Positions 27,901 through 39,900 of a DNA stretch of 64,000 nt are shown here, piece by piece. Position 1 is the stretch's first letter. Each line of letters opens with the position of its first letter. Origin of the DNA: Bugula neritina. Taxonomy: Eukaryota > Animalia > Bryozoa. Location: positions 4,620,662-4,684,661 of the forward strand of contig OZ037770.1 in the NCBI GenBank assembly GCA_964035545.1. Reading direction: 5' to 3'. The position numbers and the translations under genes were made by a program. The notes under the pieces are model-generated. The model was given only the letters and a program-made list of their open reading frames with translations, was not told the DNA's origin and did no database searches.

Positions 27901-30900
27901 ACAGCCATCTACAGTTTACTGGCAATCATGTCAATTATCAAATCTTCCTTAGCTTCCTGCCTTAATCACTTTGACTATCCATTGCTGGAATTATTGTGTT
28001 TTCTGCACTTTTTACCTGGCTGACTATGCTTAAGCAATATAGTCTATACAGTGTTCATTATTATCACACAGTAGACTACATATATCTTACCCTTTATGAT
28101 TATACAGTCTATGTCAGCTGACTCAGTTAGAGAAACTACACATAAGATTTAATACTCTCAACACAGTACCAGAAGTTGTGTCATCACTCACATCACTTAA
28201 AGAGTTGGATATGTGGAGCTGTAAAATATCTAATCTACCTGAGAGGTCTGCTAGTCACAATACTCTTTCTGTTTCAGAAAGTCAATTACTCACATCTTTA
28301 CATGCTTGTCAATTATTGGTAGAGTATATAATGTTATGTTTAAATGCCTTACAATATTTTTTAAGTTATCTAGTAGTTTGTCATATCCTGTGAATAACCC
28401 AGTTTCATGGTATGCCATTAGTATACCATTATGTATTGTTAAAAAGCATAAAGCTATAGATTGTGATTTGCTTGAGATCATATTTTATTAGAGTTTCTTG
28501 ACACTGGAAAATAACCATGTTTTAATCATTTGGCATTACATACTCTAATGGTATAAACCTTCATTAACAAATAATATAGCACCCACTTGTACTTTACTAG
28601 TATCTATTTCCCATTAAATGCTTATTAGCTTTCTGTATTTTACCCTGAATACGCCTTGTCGGAATAAATTTGTTTCTTGGATATTTTACCTGATTGGATA
28701 TACAAGTAGTATATATATACAGTATATAATATTCTCCTGATAAAGTTTATTACATATATTATGTACCTTTTATTACAGTCTATGTAAGCTGACTCAGTTA
28801 GAGAAACTAGACATAGGATGTAATTCTCTCAACACAGTACCAGAAGTTGTGTCATCACTCATATCACTTAAAGAGTTGAATATGATGAGCTGTGAATTAT
28901 CTACTCTACCTGAGAGGTTTGTGTCATCTTAATGTTTGAAACATTCAATAATTCACATGTTGATATAATGCTTATACCAAGTATTGCTAATTAGTATGTC
29001 ACTATGTATTGTTGAAAAGCATAAAGCTATAAATTAGAATTTCTTTGAGGCTATATTGTATTGGAGTTTCTCAAAACTTGAAAATAAATATGTTTCAGTT
29101 ATCTGGCATTACATTTCCTATTGCTATAAAACCTTCTTCAATAAATACTAAAGCACCCACTTGTAGTTCACTAGAATTTTTTTCACATTAAATGTCTTTT
29201 ACTTTGAATATGCCTTGTCATACTAAATTTGTGTTTTTTTTTGCATGTTATACCTGATTGAAGACACCAGTATAGTATACAGAGTACATACTATTATCCT
29301 GATACAGTAGACTACATATATTACACACTTTATATTACAGTCTGTGCCAGCTGACTCAGTTAGAGAAACTACACATAAGAGACAATCCTCTCAACACAGT
29401 ACCAGAAGTTGTGTCATCACTCGCATCACTTGAAGAGTTGAATATGGGGAGCTGTAGATTATCTACTCTACCTAAGAGGTTTGTGTGCCACAACAAGTTT
29501 TATATATCACTTTTAACATTCAATAACTATTATTTTAAAGCCATATTTCAACACAGTAAATACTGCGTTAGGATGCAAACCTGCAAACCTACATATGAAT
29601 CTCACCGTTTCTGGGGATATTGTCAATTAGCACACTATCTATAGAAGTTTCCTTGACTTCACAAATTATTTTATAGTATTTCAATATCTTTTTTGAAATG
29701 CTCACCATGATAGGTTGACTAGGCTTTTCTTCAGAAATTGTTTTAATAACTCTTTTCATCATATTCCAACTATAGCTACTTCTGTACACAAAATTAGTTT
29801 TTATTATATCATTATAATAACATATTATCTCATTATTTTCAAGTTAGTCAGAAAACCACTTCCTTATATTTTTAATGACATCATGTATGACATACTTGAC
29901 TCAATCAACTGTATTGTGTAAGGCTCATTAGTAACAATGCATGGTGGATTATATGGTATGTTTTACTTAAATAATTCAAGTTTGAGGTACAATTATTTCG
30001 ACATGAAAGATCTGACATTATATTGTAATCCTAAGAGGACAAAACAAATTATTCAATATTGCCACTTCGTTTTTCTTCAGGCTCTGCTTTAGTTGTCTCT
30101 CTCAACTCTTGGTGTAGTAGAAGCCAATTTTTATTCTATTCCTGTTCTCAAATAACTTATGAATATATTTCCTTATATTTAATTTACATTTATTAATTAC
30201 AAATTAACGGGCCTTTAAAAGTGCAACATGTTCCTGCAAGCCGATGACTTTCCAGAGTTGTATTCTCTCATAGTAAAATAATTCACAACTTCTACTTCCT
30301 GTCTAAAGCTATAATACATTTATTAGAATAATTAGTGAGAGGTTGTGGCAGAAGTATTTTATTTTACTTGACATTACTTTAATGCCTTTACGTGGATGTT
30401 TCAGAGCTGTACTGGTGTTCCTATTTGGTGATAAATTGCATGTATTTTGGCATATAAAACAATATTCCTTATAATGAAAACATCCATATAATAGAATACC
30501 AGTGTGAGCAGTTACTCAGTGATCTGAAAAATAGAAAAATATCGCTGTAAGACAGTGTTACATGCATGTAAGTTTTGTTTTGGTGACACTAATTAGTACA
30601 AATGTAACACTCCTTTTACCAAATATACTTATAGCTGTATTTGGCAAATTCTTATAAAAAGTGCCTAAAATTTTGCTTATAGCATTTAATATAATACATA
30701 ATTGTAACCTAGACCTACTTTTTTGTATTATAAAGATAATTCCTAGAATAAAAGTTATTCACTGTATTATTTCAAGGCATTGCATGGAGATAAACTTGTT
30801 ATAGTCACTGCCACTTAGTACTACATTATGTGTAACTATTGTTATGCTATTATTGGATATACAATTTGTCATTATTGTCTCATAAATCAGGAAACTGTTT

Positions 30901-33900
30901 TCTTATATAATTTCTATAATGCCATCACATAGCAACATACTTGACTCAATCAACTGTATTGTGAAAATGTTACACGTAAAAGTAAATTAAAAAAATTCTT
31001 AGTGGATTATATAGTATTTTTGATTTAGGTAATTTAAGTTCTACTTTTAATTATTTTGAAGTAAAAGATCTGCCTTTATATTGTAAACCAAAGAGAACAA
31101 AACAAATTATTCAATATTGCAATTTTGTTTTTTTTACATGCTTTACTTTAGTTGTCTCTCTCCAATTCTCAATGTAAAAGAAGCCAATTTTTATCCTATA
31201 CTTGTTCTCAAGCAGCCTGTTAATATATTGTTGTATTCTTTCGTTGTGAAATAATTCACAACTTCTACTTTCTGTCTAAAAATATAATGCATTTATTAGA
31301 ATACTTAGTGAGAAGTTGTGTCAGAAGTATTTTATTTTACTTGAAATTACTTTAATGCCTTGCGTAGATGTTTCAGAGCTGTACTGTGCTCCTATTTGAT
31401 GATAAATTGCATGTATTATGGCACATAAAACAATATTCCTTATAATTATATCATCCATATAATAGAATACCAGTGTGAGCTGTTACTCAGTGATCAGAAG
31501 TGTCAGAAGTATTTTATTTTCACTTGACATTACTTTAATGCCTTATGCAGATGCCACAAAGCTGTAGCCTACCATGTTCCTTATATTTGCTGATAACTGT
31601 ATCATGGCACATACTAGAAATTTTCTACTCTGTATTATAAAATATTATTCCTTCTAGTAGAATACTTGTGTGAACAGTTACTCAGTGATCTGCCATATAG
31701 AAAAAGATTTCTGTATGATAGTATTCTGTCTAGGGTGTGTTTTTATGACAGTACTTAGTACAAATGTAGCACTTTTCTTACCAAATATACTTATAATTAT
31801 ACTGTTATATATATCTCTATGAAATACTTAAAACTTTATGCATCGTATATATATAATATGATACCCGTACATAATTGTAACTTAGACATACTTGTTTTCT
31901 TTCCGTAATTAATGTACTAATTCAAGGTATTGTATATAAACTTGTTATAGCAACTGCAACTTAGTACTATATTATGTGTAATTATTGTTATATTAATATT
32001 GGGTATCTTTATGAAAACTGTTATATCAATTACCTGTAGTTAGGTTTAATAATAGAAATATTATATATTATTAGAATACAGAGATTAAAGAAGTTACAGA
32101 AACTCAACATTTCAAAAAATAAATTCACCAATCTCCCATCTTCAGTATGTGCATTGAGCAATCTGCACACACTGGATATATACTACAACGAATTTATGGA
32201 ATCTTTGAGCCCTGAGATACTACAGCTAACACATCTTAGGTCCTTCGATACATTTGGTTGCAATGCTCTTACATCTCCTCCACTGGAAGTCTGTAGAAGA
32301 GGACTCGATGCTGTGCGACAATACTACACAGACTTGGCTAAAGGTGCTGGTAGAAATCTTCCATTTGCTACAATAGCGGTGTTGGGGAACACCATGGCAG
32401 GTAAAACCAGTCTAATCAGAACATTACAGAGCACTGACAAGAAAAGAGTTTTAACTGACAGAAGTCCTAATGCAGAGTATGATGAGACCACAAAAGTGTT
32501 CAATGTGGAAGAGGTGGAGGTGGATGGTACAACTCTTCGTCTCATAGATATGGGAGGCCAGGAGGTCTACCATATCACATACCATTTAACACTGAGACAG
32601 AATTGTGTACCAGTAATTGTAGTCAACATGGAGCAGTATGATCAGATTTCGAAAATGTCTACAGACAGAGAGGCTGTGAGAAAGCTGGCTTTTGACTTCA
32701 TGTCTCACCTCTATCTCGCTCATCCAACTCTTGGCCCACCTAAGCTTGTTTTCACACACAAAGATAAGTTTCCGAGTGAAGTTTTCCAACAGCTTCGAAA
32801 AAAGTTTCTTAAAGTTTCTGAGAAGTTATGCAAAAATATTCTTGAAGAAGAGAAAAGTTTAGAAGGTGACTTTGCGCGAATTCAACATTTCACTGCATCA
32901 AACGGAAAAGTGTTCTCCAATGACAACATATATGAAGTTGGGAAATTTGACGAGTACAAGATATTTGAATCGATTAAAAAATCTCTTCTTCAAAGTTGCC
33001 AACACTTTGTGAAGCCACTTCCAAAAGTCTGGGAGGATGTCAACAACAACATTTTGTCATTACAGACCTCACATAACACCTTTGATGAAATATTGGCTAT
33101 GATAAACGAAAAGCAGGATAACATTGAAGCAAAACACTTGGATACGATTATCATGTACATGCATGATTGTGGCAAAGTTCTCTGGTATAAACATATTGAT
33201 GCACTCAGGCCATACATATTTCACAAGATCACGGAAATTACCAAGCTACTCTGTGTCTTATATCATCATGATCCAGACGTTTGGCAAAGTAGAGTTGATC
33301 AGTTCCAACCGTATTTTTCAATGGAAGGAGTGAGGATTGAAAAACAAGAATTTGAAGAGTTTGTGAATTCCTTTAGAATCAATGGCTTGATGATGAAATC
33401 TCTTCTTGTATATTTGATTAGAAAAGAAACTTCGTTCACTGGTGAAAATGATGTGAAAATTGCTGTTTGCTTGCTCAGAACATTCCGTTTATTGTATGGC
33501 CCTTTGAATAATGATTCTGAAGATCCGTACTTCATAGTCCCTCAGTTTGCCAAAGAATCCTACAGCCTCTCCTACACTCCGCCAAAGGAGCTGATGCTTC
33601 ATACCGAAACGCAGTTTAATGGTCTGGCATTACCACAGCATGTCTACCATCAGATGACGGTTGGTTTGCTCGAACTATTTGCTGACGATTCTGCCACAAT
33701 ACAGGTGAAGAGAAATGGAGCAAATGTCTATCAAGATAAAATATATACACAGCTGATACATGACTATGAATCTAAAAGAGTTTTGCTCTACGCGTCATCT
33801 GATGCAAATAATATCACCAAAGCGTGGGAAAAACTCATTTCAGTCAACAACAACATCCTCAGACATGTTATGGAAACTTGGACTGCCAGTCGTCCAGTCA

Positions 33901-36900
33901 CTGCCTGCATCTGTGCTCACTGCTTACTGCTAGGTGTTCCGTGCCCTAAAAAGTCTATTCATCCTAAATGGTGTTTTCGCTCCCTGATGAAACCTACACC
34001 AGTTGTCAAGAAGTGCAGCGGATCTTCAACAATCTTGTGCAATAATGAGGAGATCCCAAGAGCTCTGATTTTTCCATGTATGTATCACTAATATTGTTTA
34101 TTACTATGATTTTATAAATGGAAACTTTTGCCTACTACATAAATGATTTTCATTACTACAAACTCTGAACAAAACCTGCTAAAATTTTTTTAAATTTGAA
34201 AATAATCAAACAAAAGGCATTATGTCTCGTGTTGTAACATTCTTGCAGTGGTTCTGTCGCAACTTATGTTTAGCTACCATTTAAGTTGATTACAGTATAC
34301 ATAATATGTGAGCTGGTTGTAGTATATGTAGACTGCACTGTTTTATTCAGGTGAGGCGTTGTCTGAGAAAGAAACCGATGAGCTCGTGAAGCTATTGACT
34401 CAACTCAAACTTCGTAAACATCAGAATGATGTAACCAGAATTGGTATATCTGTATAATACTCACTTTATCAACCTTTAATGTTATTATAGAATTCAGAGA
34501 TCTCAATACATGCAGCAGTCGTTTACTCTGACTAGAATTTTTAGAAAACTGATTGTTTTTGTCAAGCGATCAAGGAAATGGCAATTTTGCTATTCTTCTG
34601 TTTTTTAAATCCTGGTATTAGCCAATAAAATCATGTGACTGCAGATGATGATGGTGATCTGAGTGATCTCTCTGAAGATGATGACAATCTGTATCCTGAT
34701 GAAGACAATGAGAAAGACATGAAGTTGATACAACCCAACCTAAAGACTACCAGAAACCTGAGGATTAAGAATCTTTTCTCAAATGCTGAACAGGTTGGTG
34801 CATCAGTTTAGGGTCATATGTTCACCCTATTCGTTAGATTCTTATGCTTGTATAACCTATTCTTAGACAGAACATTATAAACACATGCATCTGTAGCAAA
34901 ATGATACTATTTACTGTTAGCTTTATTATTAGGCCATGTGTGCCTCAAACATGTTTAACTAGATTTACAAATATGTCAACTAATACTATCATTTTTAGTC
35001 TATTTGTATCCAGGTGCTCAGTATGACCAGAGAGAGAGGAAGAGCTCTGATAATAAACAACAAGAACTTTGTTGAAAGACCAGACTTATGCAGGGAAGGT
35101 TCAGATGCTGATGTTGAGAATGTGTCTCTCATGTTGAGATCTCTCAAGTTTGATGTTGAGACACACTCAGACCTGACAGCAGAGGTATGTTGTTATGGTG
35201 AAAACAATGCGAGCACTATTTAACCATCAAGTAGATTTTCGTATATAATGTCTTGTTTGTTCTTTAACCAAATATTTTGTAAAGTTTGTAGTATATTTTA
35301 ACAAAATATTTTTTTTTACATTCACTGAATTATATCTTTAATTGTACTTAAGAATTTTTCTAAAGCTGCATTGAAAATTTTGGGTCTTGTTAGTTTTTGC
35401 TCACTTTTTGGTCTTTTGTTAGGTTGATGAGAAAACTTTTTGCTCACATTGCATATGAGTCAGCTTACTTCATTTAGTACACACCAGGAAATTATGACCT
35501 AACATTAAAGTTTACTCATAATCCATTGAAATTTACCATACATGGTATTTTTATGTGCTGATTTTAACTACGCATAACAGAAAAGGTTAGCTAGGAGGGG
35601 ATTCCCCAACATTAAAGCACAGGTCATTGTCATATGCACTTATTATTTTATATGTGCGGACCGTTACGAAAAAGCTGTGACTGTCTGCAAGTCCAAATTA
35701 GCTAAATAATTAAGAAAGACATGGGAAATTAAGCATAATCAAAAATCATCTTGACTATTTAGTTGTATTTATTGATATGCTATTAGTTTTAGGCAAAAAC
35801 CTATAAATATTAGCACCTAAATTGAAAAAAGTAGCTAAAACTGGAGATTTCAAGTGTGTACTAAATTAAGTAAAATGACCCATAACTCTATAGCAATTAT
35901 TTGACACTTTGAAATGAAGTAAATTTGTTTGACTGTTTAAACTCGTTTTCAAATTTGTAGGAAATGCTGTCTGCTGTGAAGTCTGAGGTGAAAAAAGAGA
36001 AACACAAAGAGTTTGGATGTCATGTACTGGTTGTTATGACTCATGGTGGGGAAGATAACTGCATCTATGGAACTGACCTCGAGAAGGTCAACCTCACTGA
36101 CCTGTGTGATTTGCTCATTCCTTTGTATTTCGATGGAATAAGTAGAAAACCTAAAGTTGTCATACTAGAAGCCTGCAGTGGAGGTAGTTAGTTTGTAGTA
36201 TAAACTTGAACCTTTAGTTCAATGGTTGAACTAGTAAATACTCCCTGTCAGAAACTAGTCATCTAATTAATTGGCGCTTTAACATGATTCATAGTTTGGA
36301 TTGCTTGAGCAACTGGGTGTCTTGAGATTGTTTAGCTCACAATATTAAGGTCGTTGTTATGTTTGTGTTACAGCAAACATTGAAGTAAGCCCAGACAGAT
36401 CTGGTCTTGCAGCAGATCAAGAAGAAGAAACTGAAGCTGCCTCTTCTACACCTTCTGAAGCTAATGAAGAAGACAATGATGAATATCCTGAACCGCCAAG
36501 AAAAAGAATTAGACTCATTAGACCAGTTTCACCACCAGAACCTAGAATAGAAGAGTGTAGAACTCTACGGGATATAGATGATCTTCTTGTTCTGAAGAGT
36601 AACGTCTGTTGTAAGTATAGCAAGAGAAAGTTATTTATTGGTTTGATAAGTGTGCAGCTACAGGTTTTGTCAATCTAAAAGTTTGTTTCCTAAATTTAAT
36701 CTGACCATGCTATATGTAATCTTTTTCTTGTTCTTCGTAAATTGCGAGTTAATGTTCAAAACCAAACAGAATTTAGAAAATTTCAGGCTTGCTCTGTCTA
36801 CACCATGCTTTGAGTTTCATTTAATTTTATTGCAGCATCAAAGAGACATCCTGAGTATGGATCTCCTATGATTAGAGCTCTAGTATCTTCAATCTACAAA

Positions 36901-39900
36901 CATGCCTGTCACCGTGATCTCTACACCATCTTTCAGCAGGTGAGTTTAAAATGATAATTTTGTCAATTTCTACTTGTATATAGAAATATTTTTATGTTTA
37001 GTTGTGTGATAATTTACAATTTGCATGTCCAATGAATAAAATATAATGTAAATTAGGTAGCTTCTTAAAACGTGCTCGTATTTTTACTAATTTATATTTC
37101 TCCCACTGTGCCTGTTGTAAAGGTTAAAGCCCAACCTCAAGCTTTTCTTTAATATATTCTATAGTGGTAGCAGACAACTCTCAGGATCTACTTGCTTAGA
37201 TTGAATATGAATAGGAAAGCCTATAGTGGGGGTGCCAACATGCAAAAATGGGCGGGTGGAGCACATCAATACTAACCTTTGTTGCTATATATCACTGCAA
37301 AGCCAACATTCTACTGATTTCAGATCTGCGAGTACCTTTTTTGTATCTGGGGGGGTTCTCTCGTGAGAGGGGTGGATATACAGGGGTTCAGCATTTTTCA
37401 AGGGGGGACTATGGAACTCTAAATATTTAATTTCCTGAGTAGTTTAAGTTTGACATTAAAAATATTTTCAAGGAATGTTGTACACATATGAAACTTTCTC
37501 TAACAAAAGTTTTGACCAAAAATAAAAAAGTGGGCGGAGCCTATAATATGACAAACTACTTTTTTGCATATACCGGATATTCTCTAAACTGCTTCTTTTC
37601 TGTTCTAGCATTTAGAATGTTGATTTTTGGTATGAAAATACTCTATTGTGTTCTAATAATGCTCTCCGATTTTCATTACGTTCTGAACTCTATAACATCT
37701 TTCCCAACCATGACAAATAAAAACCATAAAACGGGAGTTATCTCCTCCGTTAAAAATTATTGCGTTTCTGCCCAATAATATTGCTTTTTGTTGCTAGGAA
37801 CAACATCTGCATGATAAAAATGTATTTTTAGCGTATTTATATTAGCTTATTGACTTATTTTGAATCATTGATTACGATCAATACTATTGAGTATTAATAT
37901 TCAATATTTACTGTATAAATTGAGTGTCAGCAATAATTAACAGACCACTAATATTCGATTTTTTTATCCATAAGTATAGTAACATAAAATATGGTTCATA
38001 AAAAAGTAATATTATGATTTCAGCATCACAAGCAATTACTATGCTCTTTTATATCAGATATTGGTAGACATCTGTAATTGTATTTATTTATAAATAAGAT
38101 AGTATTTAAAATTTTAATTTACAATAGATCAAGCTTTATTACAAAGTTTTGTTATCTCTAGCGTTTATATACCAAATTAAATATATTATAATTCTTCATC
38201 AGAACTGTGTTTGTTGCCATCATCATCATAATCAGGCTCTTTGTTTGAAAAAGAAGACTGGCCACTTTCGTTTTTGCAATCGAAACATTCACATAAACCA
38301 CAGCATTTCATCATCAGGCATTTCATCATGCATGCTTTACTCTTACAGCCTGCTTTTTTGCATTTACATGCTGTTAAAATCACATCTGCGTTGCTCTCAA
38401 AATCATATTTTATCACAAAACTTAGTCAAGAGACATTGCTGAATATGAAAAAGTCACTTGAGGATTCATGTAATCTAAATACAGCATGGCTATTGGCAAG
38501 ACTTGCCCCAGTCAAACTATTTCAATTGGATATAAGTCCTTCTACACATAACTGCCCCAGCTGGAGTAGCTTTAATGTAAGAAATTTGGTTGCCACAGAA
38601 GATAATAAAAGATCAGTCATTGGGTATTGCCCAATGATTAATGCACCATCAACAGATCCTACAACAATCTATACAATCCTTCTGCAGCTAACGAAAACTA
38701 TGAAAGTTTTAAATCAGAAACATTCAGTAATTACATTTGACCAAGCTATCTACAAGATGGCCAAAGAGATTCAATGGAACAAACCAACTGAATTTTCAAA
38801 CACAATAATTCGAATGGGCGGTTTTTATATCTTGATGAATTACATGGCAGCACTTGGCAAAATGGTAAAATCAAGCGGCCTCGCCCAAGTTCTTGTACAC
38901 AGTGATATATATTCTGAAGTTACAGTGAAACAGGTGCTATGTGGTAAGCATTATAACAGAGGTGTACGGGCACACAAGATTTTTTATAAGGCAATATCAA
39001 GGCAGAAACTAAAATTTCTTTCGGAATGGCTTCAATAAAATGATCAGTTTGACCCATTAGAGTCTCATAATACGTATTTCTATTGACGATAACTTGCGTG
39101 AATGGACCACTGTTGCAGATAAAGTTGCTACTGCTATAAAAAAGTTTGACTCTGATACTAAATTAAAATCTAACCTTTCAATGTTCTGGAATTCCTACCT
39201 TCATGCAGTAGAAGCCATGTTGGGATTTATTCGAGCTGAGCGTAGTGGCAACTGGCAATTATATTTGGACAGTATGCAGGCAATGCTACCAGTATTTTTT
39301 GCGTATGATCGCACAAACTACTCAAGGTGGCTGCCTATATACCTTATTGATATGCTAAATTTGCCTGAATCTGCTCCAGAAGTTTATGGAATGTTTGCAA
39401 AGGGTTCATTCACCGTAAACAGGACAGGAAAAAAAATTGCAGGTATGGCTCCAGATCAAGTCTTGGAGCAAACTTTGAACCGAGACAGTAAAACATCTGG
39501 AGGCATTATTGGCATTAGCAACCATGAAGAAGCTCGGACAAAATGGTTCTTAACTAGTCATATCAGAGCCCAACTGCTTTCTTTGCAAAAGGATTTTTGC
39601 CAAATAGCCTCACAGTCATCAACACTACACAAGGAAGACACAATCATTACAACTTATATGACGGATGAGATTGATACGCAAGCAATTCTTTTTACATTGC
39701 AGCAGTTTGATGTTAAAGTGTTTAGCAATACTTCAACTGAACTTATTAATATTGCTACTGGAGTAAGTCCCGATGCAGAGACCTTCTTGTCAATAGTGAC
39801 TGCTATGGCTCAGGGAGGAGAAATGGCTCAAAAGTTTTTTCAAGATAGACTTTTGAATACAATAAAACCATTTTACACTGCTATTCACCGGCTTAAAATC

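Noticed and set aside
21875-29478. Repeat-spacer-like periodicity suggesting a CRISPR array
   Set aside because: Repeats are 138-nt coding exons with splice sites, the spacers are homologous introns, the context is eukaryotic and there are no cas genes.
37248-37778. Duplicated small ORFs (37248-37430, 37488-37778 and mirror copies 41859-42389)
   Set aside because: They fall in the transposon inverted arms; the duplication reflects the repeat, not conserved proteins.
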